In this document: positions 1 to 9,621 of the stretch, in pieces
Numbering within the stretch: position 1 is the first letter of the stretch
How the letters are laid out: each line of letters begins with the position of its first letter
Source of the DNA: Bdellovibrionales bacterium
GTDB taxonomy: Bacteria > Bdellovibrionota > Bdellovibrionia > Bdellovibrionales > UBA1609
DNA length: 64,000 bases
Direction: 5' to 3'
NCBI GenBank assembly: GCA_965205945.1
Contig: CBDBIB010000002.1
Span: forward strand, 160,001 to 224,000
The notes under the pieces: generated by a model
The model's database searches: none
The model's input: the letters and a program-made list of their open reading frames with translations, nothing else
Told to the model about the DNA's origin: nothing
Program-made: the position numbers and the translations under genes

Positions 1-1
1 A

Positions 2-223
2 AAAGTTAAGAAAGGCTCAGAAAAAATTTTAAAAATTAAAGAGAATAAAGAGTTTTATACTCAAGATGTTTTCTTTCAAATTAAAAATGATGAAGGTAAG
101 ATTATTAAAAGTAGTTTTAGTTTCATGCCCAACACAAAACCTGGTGGTAAAAAAGATGGACAAGGTTGTGCGCTCTTATCATCAACCCCAAATTCAGCTT
201 TTGTATCAGAAGACTGTCTTTAA
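2..223 (+). CDS. 3' end of a gene running in from the window edge; hypothetical protein (frame reopens after TAA to 277)
   Basis: Open frame from base 2: KVKKGSEKILK...GQGCALLSSTPNSAFVSEDCL*; converges on gspK. Confidence 0.45.
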   Translation, partial: KVKKGSEKILKIKENKEFYTQDVFFQIKNDEGKIIKSSFSFMPNTKPGGKKDGQGCALLSSTPNSAFVSEDCL

Positions 224-281
224 AACAATCTATCTAAAAAGGGCGTTGTTGCATATGAGTGTTTAACCGCAAGGTAAAACT

Positions 282-1514
282 TTAGTCAATACTCATATGA
301 ATTATTAAGGGGCTTCCTTTAGGGGGAGGGGAGTCTTTTTGGTTAGAGTTATTTGAATTAGAGGAAGTTGCTGTGGATGAATTCTCATTAGAGGAATCAT
401 TTTTATCTAACTGTGTAATGAAAATTTCTTTTAAGGCATTTGCATCTAAGACATAAGCTGTAATAGTTGTTGTTACGTTTCCTGTGATGCCAGATGATGT
501 GACTAAAAAAGTAGAAAGAGGGGAGTAAACAATGGGTATGCCGTTTGAGTGAATTTCTTCAATTCTAGAAAAGTTAAGTTCATTTAAAAGGTTGTTAAAA
601 CTGTTTTCATCAAGATTTCCACTGTAAGCCTGTATCTGACTTCTGCGTTTTAAAAAATCTGCTGTAACTTGTTCAGTAAACTGAGGATCGATACTCATTA
701 AGACATTTTTTTCAGCAGTGTTTACATTGATTCCAAAGGTACCATGAATGGTGACAAGGTTTTTTAAGTGTTTAAATAAAAGGTCGTCCATTTTATCTAC
801 AAGCATGAGTTCAGATAAAGTCATAAAGGAGGAGTTTCTTGGATAACCTTGTTGCTCTTTAAAGGTATAAAAGCTTGACTCACTCCCGCCATTTCGAGAT
901 TCTTCATCTTTGTCTATCCAATCGGCAACGTTGTTTAAAACTTCCTTTATGGAATCTATGGAGTGTTCTTTTGATAGGTCGCGATCTGTTTGCAAAAGTT
1001 GTGTAAATGTGCGTAATAGGGTCTTTAATGTTTTGTCAGAAATGATTTTTATAGGGGACCCTAGGCTATTTAAATCTATTTTTTGTCCAGCGTCTTGGAT
1101 TTGGTGGAAAAAAGTAATGTTACTAATTAAGGATTTTTTTAAAATAGTTTTGGTTTCATCTTTTGAGATTAGCCCTGCATTTTCTGGAATTGTAATGGGC
1201 CATGGCAAAGGAAATTGCCAAATCATTGAAAGCTGTTGATCAAAGTTTATATTTTGACCCTCCACAGCTTTACTGATTGAGGCTTTTGCATGTTGAAAAG
1301 CCTTTATTCTTAATAAGGCCATATTTAAACCTGCTTTTGCAGAGTATTTAGATTTTAATTTTTTTAATTCTCTATTTGCAAGAGTAGATTCAGTAAGTGT
1401 TTCTATAGAGAGCTGAGTAACAATAAAACTAGCAATAGTAAAAAAGAAAAGAGCCATCATCAACGCAGCGCCGGTTTCATTTTTTCTATTTATAGTGATT
1501 CTTTTATTATACAT
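282..1514 (-). CDS. gspK: Type II secretion minor pseudopilin GspK
   Basis: Prepilin-like G-AALMMAL N-terminus, DWIDxD, ELMLV and INVNTA motifs; follows gspHIJ. Confidence 0.9.
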   Translation of the reverse strand: MYNKRITINRKNETGAALMMALFFFTIASFIVTQLSIETLTESTLANRELKKLKSKYSAKAGLNMALLRIKAFQHAKASISKAVEGQNINFDQQLSMIWQFPLPWPITIPENAGLISKDETKTILKKSLISNITFFHQIQDAGQKIDLNSLGSPIKIISDKTLKTLLRTFTQLLQTDRDLSKEHSIDSIKEVLNNVADWIDKDEESRNGGSESSFYTFKEQQGYPRNSSFMTLSELMLVDKMDDLLFKHLKNLVTIHGTFGINVNTAEKNVLMSIDPQFTEQVTADFLKRRSQIQAYSGNLDENSFNNLLNELNFSRIEEIHSNGIPIVYSPLSTFLVTSSGITGNVTTTITAYVLDANALKEIFITQLDKNDSSNENSSTATSSNSNNSNQKDSPPPKGSPLIIHMSID

Positions 1515-2467
1515 TATAAAGGGAGCTCTTCGGGTTGATTTATATCACTTATGGATTTTAAGGTTTCAAAGTCTTTGATCTTTTTAAAAGGATTGTTGTT
1601 TGCAAAATCAGTTTGAAAAACACCAGTTAGATATTTTTTTTTAAACTTTTTTTTATTTTTTTTATTAGGAATTTTTATTTCTAAAAATAAAGAAACAGCT
1701 GCAGGAAATTTATTTCCTGTACGCTCATCGCTTTTACTTCGACTATCCCAAGACTCAACCCAATCAACGGTTTCTTTTAAAATATCTTTATTTTGAAAAC
1801 TTAAATATTTAAATTTAGCTTTTTCAATATTCTCAATGAGGACAGACTCTTTTCCACCTTTGGTCACATCCTCATCAAGGTTATATGATACCGATCTCCA
1901 GAGGCATTTAGATTCTTGACCATTATATCTTCGACTCTTACAGGTTCTAATAAAGTATCCAATTTCAACTAAATCAGAAATTTTATCGGCAGATCTAAAG
2001 CGAACTCCTGAAGAAGAAGTAAAATAAACTTTTTCCTTATCGCCAACAAAATTAGTATAGATTTTTTCTTCAATAAGTGTACTTGGCTTTGGGCGAGGTT
2101 GAATATTCATACTTTTTTTTAGTTCTTTGGTTAATGTTAGAACAGTTATAAGAGGCCTAGGTTTTTCTTTCTTATTATACTCTGTGACTTTTTTTTTAAC
2201 ATTAGCATCATATCTTTTAATGCGCTCTTTTTGAGCCTCATTGTATAAGAATAAATTTAAATCACGAAAGTTAATAGCTTTTCCAATATCTTTTTTAATT
2301 ATATTCATCGCAGCTCTTAGTTGATTGATGTTATCTATGCCAGCTGTGATTCTTTTAGTTTGTATGGTGGACTTTCTAAGCATTTGTGTAGTTGTGATAC
2401 TTAGAATAGACATAAGAGATATTGCTATGAGTAGTTCTAAAAGAGTGAAGGCTTTTTGGTTTGTCAT
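1514..2467 (-). CDS. gspJ: Type II secretion minor pseudopilin GspJ
   Basis: AFTLLELLIAI prepilin motif; position between gspI and gspK. Confidence 0.85.
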   Translation of the reverse strand: MTNQKAFTLLELLIAISLMSILSITTTQMLRKSTIQTKRITAGIDNINQLRAAMNIIKKDIGKAINFRDLNLFLYNEAQKERIKRYDANVKKKVTEYNKKEKPRPLITVLTLTKELKKSMNIQPRPKPSTLIEEKIYTNFVGDKEKVYFTSSSGVRFRSADKISDLVEIGYFIRTCKSRRYNGQESKCLWRSVSYNLDEDVTKGGKESVLIENIEKAKFKYLSFQNKDILKETVDWVESWDSRSKSDERTGNKFPAAVSLFLEIKIPNKKNKKKFKKKYLTGVFQTDFANNNPFKKIKDFETLKSISDINQPEELPL

Positions 2468-2994
2468 AGTCCACTAACTTTTAAAGGAAGGTTGCCTAAT
2501 CCTAGATTTAAAGGGGTGTCGTAATTTACTAAAATTGTTGCAATAGAGAAACGATACTCTTGAGCTTTTGGGGAGGATTTATAAATTATTGTGACTTTTA
2601 CCTCCTTAATGGAATCTTCAAGGTATTTTTTCATTTGAGTTATGATTTTATGAGTGGTTTCGTTAAGAATACCTTTTTTTTGTATGAAAAGACGAGCTAT
2701 ATCAGGCATTTTAAATTCAGCACTCTCCCATTCCCATGTATACGCAGAAAGGTTTTTGTCCTTAAAATTTCCTTTTTGAAGGTCTGTAGGAAGGTTTTTT
2801 ATATCATTTTTATACATAATTTGGATTTCTGTCATTTTTTTTTCTAAAAGGTAAACAGCTTGAGTTTTTGCTTCTGATTTTTTAACTCTCCTTAAATTTC
2901 CTTTCCAGCTAGATGTAAGTAGGATCATTATGGAAGCTAAAATAGATAAAGCTATAATGACTTCTAAAAGAGTGAAGCCTTTTAAAGATTTCAT
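2464..2994 (-). CDS. gspI: Type II secretion minor pseudopilin GspI
   Basis: GFTLLEVIIAL prepilin motif; 4-bp overlaps with neighbours. Confidence 0.8.
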   Translation of the reverse strand: MKSLKGFTLLEVIIALSILASIMILLTSSWKGNLRRVKKSEAKTQAVYLLEKKMTEIQIMYKNDIKNLPTDLQKGNFKDKNLSAYTWEWESAEFKMPDIARLFIQKKGILNETTHKIITQMKKYLEDSIKEVKVTIIYKSSPKAQEYRFSIATILVNYDTPLNLGLGNLPLKVSGL

Positions 2995-3622
2995 CGATCC
3001 TGGAGCTCCTTTAAACTTTTATGACCGTTGACTGTAAAAAGTTCGCCACTAATGCTATCTGAAACTACAGTTATTTTATAAGATTCGTTAAGGTTTGTAA
3101 ATTGTATGCAGGTTTCTTCAACAAGGCCATGAGGAAAGTAGTGAAATGCTCCAAGGCCTTTATCAATAGGGTAATTAATCCCTGAAATTTCAATTTGATT
3201 AATTTTTAAATTTTTCGGCATTTTTAATTTTTCAAAATTAAATTTTCTAGCTTCTTTAAAGCCCTCATTGTTTTCTAGTTTAGTAGTTTTTTGGGTTTGA
3301 TCATTGTTTTGAAAATTTTAAGAATGTCTTTAAATTTTTCTCTAGATTTTTTTTCTGTTCCTAAAAGAATGGGTTTAGATGTTTTTTCAACCCAAATTTT
3401 AGGGGCTTTTTTATCATTTAATAAGAAAACAATTCTATATGTTGAGTTTTTTAATAAAGCTTGGTTTCTTATTCTTTTTGACATGGCAGAAAAGCGTCTA
3501 AAAAAACGTTGGAATTCTTTTTGAGGATTCTTGGGTCGTGTTGTAGCAAATACAGCTAAAGTGCCTAAAATACCTAACACTATAAGAATTTCAATAAGGG
3601 AGAATCCATTTTTCTTCGTCAT
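2991..3622 (-). pseudogene. gspH: Minor pseudopilin GspH, split by a 1-bp frameshift near 3312-3320
   Basis: GFSLIEILIVL N-terminus in ORF 3275-3622; a second frame is open from about 3319 (NFQNNDQTQKT...KLKMPKNL...FPHGLVEET) to 2991. Confidence 0.8.
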
Positions 3623-3692
3623 AATTTATTGTAGAATGTAATTGCTTAGGGTGGAAGTTAAATCTTTATAGAGTTTTTTTATATTAAGAATT

Positions 3693-4517
3693 TTAGTTTA
3701 ATAAAAGAACATGTGATTTTAGGTTTTCATAAATAAGGTTTAATGCTTTTTCAATTTTTTTTGAAATTTTAGAAAAAACTTCGGTTTTAAGGTTTTTAGT
3801 TTCTTCATCCATATATATTGATCTATTCATTTCTATTTGAATAGTGTGTCTGCCTTTAAAAGGGTTACCATAAGTTTGGGTTATTCGACCCCCTTTATAA
3901 GGCCAGTTTACCGTTACTTCAAAACCAGCACTCTTATAAGAAGAAACAACAAGATCTCTAAATTTAGGATCGCAACTTTGTCCATCTTGATCACTAATTA
4001 CTATTTCAGCTCTAGTTTCTCCAGGGTCTCTGTGTATCGCTGTCCCTTTAGAGGGCATACTGTGAACATCAATATGAAAAATACGCTTGTGGCCTTGTAA
4101 TTTAAAATATTCAAACTGTGCTTTAATAGCTTTATGAAAAGGGTCATAATAAGATTTTATTAAAATAGAGTGAAGCTCTTTTGATATAGGTTTTTTCATA
4201 AGAACCTCATCAATACTTGTTTTAACCCAATACAGCCCGTTTGAAAAAGTGCCAGCAGAGTTTGTGGATTTTTGAACACTATTAGCGTCAATATCTATAA
4301 CTAATCTGTTTAAATCAACAGCATATCTAGACCATGGAGTGTATATAAATGGAAGGCCTTTTTTTTTTGCTAGAGGTCTATAAAAGCTGTCTATAAAGCG
4401 GTCAACGTCTCTTAATAGAGTAATAGGGTTGATATCTTGTAGCCAGGTGGCTTCCATAGGAATTTTTTCGCCAGAGTGTGGGCATGATATAAATATAGGT
4501 AAATTTGATTCATTCAT
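3693..4517 (-). CDS. hutG: N-formylglutamate amidohydrolase
   Basis: SCPHSG, SRYAVDLNR, DVHSM, NWPYKGG, IQIEMNRSIY motifs. Confidence 0.9.
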   Translation of the reverse strand: MNESNLPIFISCPHSGEKIPMEATWLQDINPITLLRDVDRFIDSFYRPLAKKKGLPFIYTPWSRYAVDLNRLVIDIDANSVQKSTNSAGTFSNGLYWVKTSIDEVLMKKPISKELHSILIKSYYDPFHKAIKAQFEYFKLQGHKRIFHIDVHSMPSKGTAIHRDPGETRAEIVISDQDGQSCDPKFRDLVVSSYKSAGFEVTVNWPYKGGRITQTYGNPFKGRHTIQIEMNRSIYMDEETKNLKTEVFSKISKKIEKALNLIYENLKSHVLLLN

Positions 4518-4595
4518 AGTAGTTATTTAAACATGTTTTTTAGAATTTTAAAATATGTGTTTATGAGTTTTAGTTTATAAGTTAGTCTATTTTAT

Positions 4596-5147
4596 ATGAA
4601 AATTTATACTAAAACAGGGGATGCTGGACAAACAAGTTTGTTTTCAGGAGAGAGGGTTTCAAAAGCACATAAATTAATCCAATCATTTGGGCTTTTAGAT
4701 GAGCTTAACACTGGTATAGGCGTTCTTATTTGTAGTTTAAGGAGGGAAGAATTAAAAGAATTTAATGAGTTTATTGAGTTTTTTGAAAATTTACAGAGTC
4801 AAATTTTTTCTCTAGGAAGTTATTTAGCATCAGAGTGTAAGGATAAACGGCACATTTTAAATATTTTAAAATGGGTAGATCTGCAGGAAACCTATATGGA
4901 TAAATTAGATGGTGAATTAAAACCGCTTAAAAATTTTATTCTTCCAGGAGGGTCAAGTTTTTCTTGTAAAGCTCACTACTGCAGGGTTTTGGCTCGTAAA
5001 GCAGAGAGATGTGTTGTTGGTATAGAGCTTGGTTTAAAAACAGGTCCTGTGATTCTTTACTTAAATAGATTATCGGATTTGTTTTTTGTATTTGCAAGGT
5101 GGATAAATCATATTAAAAATATTGAGGAACCTATTTGGAAAAATTAA
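4596..5147 (+). CDS. PduO-type cob(I)alamin adenosyltransferase
   Basis: KIYTKTGDAGQT, FILPGG, LARKAER, YLNRLSD motifs. Confidence 0.92.
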   Translation: MKIYTKTGDAGQTSLFSGERVSKAHKLIQSFGLLDELNTGIGVLICSLRREELKEFNEFIEFFENLQSQIFSLGSYLASECKDKRHILNILKWVDLQETYMDKLDGELKPLKNFILPGGSSFSCKAHYCRVLARKAERCVVGIELGLKTGPVILYLNRLSDLFFVFARWINHIKNIEEPIWKN

Positions 5148-6283
5148 ATTGTGAAAGCCAAATGGTTAAAAATTTAGATAAAGAAGAGTTTGAAGAAATG
5201 GGCCCTAGCTTAAGTGGATCTTTTATGGATTTTTCTTTTAAAAAGGGGTCTGCAGCGTACTATGCTCAGTTTGGAGAAAACGTACAAAAAAGATATTTAG
5301 TAGGTGGAAATGGTAAGATAAAATCAGAATTTACAGCATTTACAAGAGATTTATATCAAAAGGATAAAAATAGTGTTGTAAAAGTTCTTTTTATTGTAAA
5401 CTTAAGAACTGTAAGCACCAGAGAGTCTTTAATAGGATGGTCTGAAAAAGTATTTCCTGAAATTTTAAAATTAAAAAAAGAATTTTCATGTGATCATGCT
5501 CTTTTCTTTTTATCTAGAAGAGAGAAATGGTTGTTTGATTTTTTTATTCGTCCAAGAAAAAAAAGAGAAGATCAAATAAGGTTTAGTCATTTGCGTGGAG
5601 TAAATATACAAATTGTTCAAGGAAAAAAATTTTCCTCAGAGGCTCCACTTAAACATGTTAAAATAAGGCGTGCTAAGGAAGAAGATCTTCAAAAATTAAG
5701 TGGGTATATAAAGCAAGCATCTATGCATGCACTACTTTCAAGAAATGTAGGTAAAGAACAAGTTTTAAAAGAGTTTAAGACAGTAAAAAATTTTTCTCCT
5801 AATGATGTGGCTCTAGCTTTTAATTCAAATAATGAAATTGTAGGGTCTTTGGGTGCAGTAGATATGACAGGTCATGCAGATATTAAATTTAAATTTAATG
5901 ATGTATTTGAACCCAACTTTAATATTCTTCAAGATTATTTAAGGCTAGCTTCTTGGGTTGCAGACTTAAGACCGGTTTCAAGAAAAAAACTGCAATTTGT
6001 AAGAATTTTTACACACATGTATTTTAATAATCATGATATTTTTTATTCTTTAATTTATTGGTGGATTGAGCAGACAAAACATATTTCTAAAAAAGAAAGG
6101 CCTGTATTTTTGTATCCTTTTTATGTGGGAGATTTAAAGGCAACAGCGTCAGAATCTCTTTTTGTAAGTAGTTTTAAGGGTGATATTTATTTAATTCAGG
6201 AAGAAGGAGAGCTGCCATCTAAACTGTTAAAACCAGTGCTTTTTTCTGAATCATTAGATATGGATTTAACATATTTAATTTAA
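5135..6283 (+). CDS. Hypothetical protein (possibly GNAT-like C-terminal half)
   Basis: 382-aa ORF co-oriented with pduO-like gene; IRRAKEEDL motif resembles a GNAT start. Confidence 0.6.
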   Translation: MEKLNCESQMVKNLDKEEFEEMGPSLSGSFMDFSFKKGSAAYYAQFGENVQKRYLVGGNGKIKSEFTAFTRDLYQKDKNSVVKVLFIVNLRTVSTRESLIGWSEKVFPEILKLKKEFSCDHALFFLSRREKWLFDFFIRPRKKREDQIRFSHLRGVNIQIVQGKKFSSEAPLKHVKIRRAKEEDLQKLSGYIKQASMHALLSRNVGKEQVLKEFKTVKNFSPNDVALAFNSNNEIVGSLGAVDMTGHADIKFKFNDVFEPNFNILQDYLRLASWVADLRPVSRKKLQFVRIFTHMYFNNHDIFYSLIYWWIEQTKHISKKERPVFLYPFYVGDLKATASESLFVSSFKGDIYLIQEEGELPSKLLKPVLFSESLDMDLTYLI

Positions 6284-6409
6284 TTAAAATATAGTTTGAG
6301 TAAAGTCTTTTAGGCTATTTTAAAAAGAGCCTAGACGATTTGCTTGCAGGTTATCCCACAAAGAGGGAAACTGTTATAAAGTATATTTAAATATTTTTGG
6401 TGGGAATGA

Positions 6410-7363
6410 ATGAATAGCAACCATTTTAAAAATGAAAAAATAAAAAGCATTTTAGTTTATTTTTTCTTGTTATACTTAGCATATGTTATTGCTGATATAT
6501 GTGTACTTAAATTTATTAAACCTAAATTTTTAGTTAAAATGTCAGAAAAAAACAAAAAGGGTTTAAGGGCTAGTACTTTTGAGCCTGAAACAAAAAGTTT
6601 TAAAGTTACTGAGTTAGGAGATAGAAGGATTTTTACTGATAAAATAATAGAACGTAATATATTTAATTCAAAAGAAATGCCTAAACCTATTGCAAGCTTT
6701 AAAGGTAGAAATAGACCTGAGGATTTTGAGGATGGAGAGCCTGTGCTATCAGCTTTACAACTTACATTAGAAGGGACAGTTGTTCATAGAAATCCATTTA
6801 GATCTCTTGCAACCATCACAAATTCAAAAAATACTATGAGTTATACAGTTGGTGATAAGGTAGCAGATTTTGCTGAAATTATAAGCGTGATTCGTAAAAA
6901 AGTTATTATCAGAAATTTAAAAACCAAAGGACTTGAATATATTAAAATTTCTAAGGATCAGGTTCCTGTAAAAGCACCCGTAGTTAGAAATAAATTTAGA
7001 TCTAGTAATGAAAAATCTAGTAATCTAATTAAAAAAGATGGCAATAGGTTTACTGCTAAAAGGGCTGATGTGGATGCTCAGATAGCAAATATTTCATCAT
7101 TAGCCAGGCAGGCAAAGAGTAGACTTGTTAGGGATCCTGCAACAGGTGAAGTTTTAGGTTATCAAATTTTTGATATTAAACCAGGGTTGTTACAAGGCTT
7201 AGGTATTCAAAATGAGGATATTATTATTGAGGTGAATGGAAGGCCAATTACTAACCCACTTCAGGCAACAAGTGCTTTTTCAAAGCTTAAAGATAAAAAT
7301 GAAATTAGAACTACAATAAATCGTGGTGGTCGAATTATTCAATTAGATTATATAATTGAATAA
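6410..7363 (+). CDS. gspC: Type II secretion protein GspC (PDZ-containing)
   Basis: N-terminal TM, HR domain, C-terminal PDZ (LGIQNEDIIIEVNG); precedes gspD. Confidence 0.88.
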   Translation: MNSNHFKNEKIKSILVYFFLLYLAYVIADICVLKFIKPKFLVKMSEKNKKGLRASTFEPETKSFKVTELGDRRIFTDKIIERNIFNSKEMPKPIASFKGRNRPEDFEDGEPVLSALQLTLEGTVVHRNPFRSLATITNSKNTMSYTVGDKVADFAEIISVIRKKVIIRNLKTKGLEYIKISKDQVPVKAPVVRNKFRSSNEKSSNLIKKDGNRFTAKRADVDAQIANISSLARQAKSRLVRDPATGEVLGYQIFDIKPGLLQGLGIQNEDIIIEVNGRPITNPLQATSAFSKLKDKNEIRTTINRGGRIIQLDYIIE

Positions 7364-7368
7364 GGTTT

Positions 7369-9621
7369 TTGAGAAAAAGGGGATTTATGAATAGAGTAAC
7401 AACAATATTTACAGTATTTTTTGTGATTACAAGTATATCTTTAAGTACTTCTTATGCTCAAACTAGAGAAACATATAAAGTAAAAGGGGCAAAAGGATAT
7501 TCAACAGATGAAACTGTAGGGCCTAAATCAAAAGCAGGTGTTAAATTTAGTGATGCATTTCCTGAAGAGATAAATGAAAAAAATTATCCAGATATGATTG
7601 ATACCTTTGATTACCCGAGTATTGAGATTAAAGATCTTATAAATGTTATTGCTGAATTAACAGGTAAGAGGTTTATTACTTCAGAAAAAATTAGCGGTAA
7701 AGTAACAATTAGTTCAAAAGAGCCTATTTCTGTTGCTGAAGCTTATAAGGTTTTTTTATCGGCTTTACAAATAAATGATTTGACAGTTGTTCCTTCAGGA
7801 AAATTTTTAAAGATTATTAAAACAAGAGATGCAATTAAACTGTCTATTGAGACTTATACAGGAAACTATTTCCCTGATTCAGATCAAATGATTATTAAGA
7901 CTGTTAAATTAAAATATATTCCTGTAGCTGAACTAGTTAAATCTTTAAGGTCATTATATTCTAAAGATGGTGATATTAAAGAATATGGACCTACAAACTC
8001 TCTTATTATATCTGATTGGGGTTCAAATGTAGAAAAAATTGTTGGAATCATTAGAGAGCTAGATGTACCAGGGTTTGAAGAAAAAATGGAAGTGATCCCT
8101 ATTAAGTATGCGTTAGCTAAGGATATTGCTAAATTGATTAATAATATTATTAATAAAGGTGAGAAAAGATCAAGCTCAATTCCTAGGTTTAGAAGATCTA
8201 GAAGTGGAGATTCTTCAGGAAAAAGTTCAGTTAGTCTGTCATATGTAACTGATGATACAAGAACTAATTCAATTATTGCCTTAGGTAATTCTGAAGGGAT
8301 CGATAAGGCAAGAGAGCTTGTAAGTATTCTTGATTCTAAGCGTGATGGAGAACAAGAAGGTGGGGTTCATGTTTATTATGTTAAGTATAATGATGCTGAA
8401 GAAATGGCAAAAACATTAGGTGGTATTGCTGCTGATTCTAAAAAAGCTCAGGCTGATGGAAATAGCGGTAGAGGTTCTTCAGTAAATTTACCAGCTACAG
8501 CACAACCTAAGACGCCAACACAAATTTTTGGAAATGAAGTGGCAGTAAAGGCTGATAAAAATATAAATGCTCTTTTGATAACAGCAAGTGCTCCTGATTA
8601 TCAAAAAATAAAAGGAATTTTGTCTAAAATAGATATTCCAAGAGATCAAGTTTTTGTTGAAACTATTATTATGGAAATCACGTCTGATAATTACAGAGAT
8701 GTGGGGATAGATATTGCTAAAATTGATACCGCAGGTGCAACCAGTGAGGCTAACCCTGCATCAAGTTTTGCTGTTCAAGGTGTGTTTGGAAATGAAAGTG
8801 GTGGTTTAAAAGACTTTCTAACAAACCCTATTGCTGCTTTAAGTGGTGGTATATTATCTTTTGGTAGCGGAGAGAAAAAGTATTTAAACATAGGTGGTTT
8901 AAGAACTACTGTAAATTCTATAACGGGTTTAGTAAAATTAATTCAACGTTATAAAGTTGGAAATATTTTATCTACTCCTACAATTATGGCAATGGACAAT
9001 GAGGAAGCAGAGTTAGAGGTTGGAAAGGAAGTTGTTGTAGGGGAGCAACAGATTTCAACTGCCGCTGGAGCAACAGTTTCAACTCAAAGAGCAAATGTAA
9101 ATACGAGTTTAAAAATTACTCCATCCATTAGTCCAGAATCTAATGCTGTTAGACTTAAAATAGATCAGAAAGTTAAGGACGTTGTGCAGCCAGGAGACCC
9201 TAATACTGATATCAACACAAAATCTTTAATTACAAATATTACTGTTCCAAATGGTGACACAGCAGTTTTAGGAGGTTTAGTGAGTGAGAAGATTTCAAGT
9301 ACAGTAAATAAAGTTCCTTTGTTAGGAGACCTCCCAATTCTAGGGTGGTTGTTTAGATCTAAAAAGAAAGATGTTAGGAAATCAAATTTAATGCTTTTTA
9401 TAACACCTAAAATTATTAGAAACCCTATGCAGAATAAAGAATTGTTAAAAGTAGAAATTAATAGGCGTTTAAATTTTATTAAAAAAAATATGAATGGAGT
9501 AGATCCTTTTGGAACTAAAATTGATGAAATTTCTAAAATAAATCCTCTTAATGAGAGTTCTAGTTGGGAGGAGGAAACTCCTAAGGAACTAAAAGAATAT
9601 CCGGTAATTGAGACAGAATGA
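7369..9621 (+). CDS. gspD: Type II secretion secretin GspD (likely start ATG 7387)
   Basis: N-domains plus secretin motif KVPLLGDLPILGWLFRS...LMLFITPKII. Confidence 0.95.
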   Translation: MRKRGFMNRVTTIFTVFFVITSISLSTSYAQTRETYKVKGAKGYSTDETVGPKSKAGVKFSDAFPEEINEKNYPDMIDTFDYPSIEIKDLINVIAELTGKRFITSEKISGKVTISSKEPISVAEAYKVFLSALQINDLTVVPSGKFLKIIKTRDAIKLSIETYTGNYFPDSDQMIIKTVKLKYIPVAELVKSLRSLYSKDGDIKEYGPTNSLIISDWGSNVEKIVGIIRELDVPGFEEKMEVIPIKYALAKDIAKLINNIINKGEKRSSSIPRFRRSRSGDSSGKSSVSLSYVTDDTRTNSIIALGNSEGIDKARELVSILDSKRDGEQEGGVHVYYVKYNDAEEMAKTLGGIAADSKKAQADGNSGRGSSVNLPATAQPKTPTQIFGNEVAVKADKNINALLITASAPDYQKIKGILSKIDIPRDQVFVETIIMEITSDNYRDVGIDIAKIDTAGATSEANPASSFAVQGVFGNESGGLKDFLTNPIAALSGGILSFGSGEKKYLNIGGLRTTVNSITGLVKLIQRYKVGNILSTPTIMAMDNEEAELEVGKEVVVGEQQISTAAGATVSTQRANVNTSLKITPSISPESNAVRLKIDQKVKDVVQPGDPNTDINTKSLITNITVPNGDTAVLGGLVSEKISSTVNKVPLLGDLPILGWLFRSKKKDVRKSNLMLFITPKIIRNPMQNKELLKVEINRRLNFIKKNMNGVDPFGTKIDEISKINPLNESSSWEEETPKELKEYPVIETE

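Noticed and set aside
66..266. 66-aa ORF from the track
   Set aside because: Overlaps the more protein-like frame running in from base 2
3312..3320. Programmed frameshift or phase-variable tract in gspH
   Set aside because: Run is only A4T4 with no evident stimulatory structure; error or simple mutation is more parsimonious
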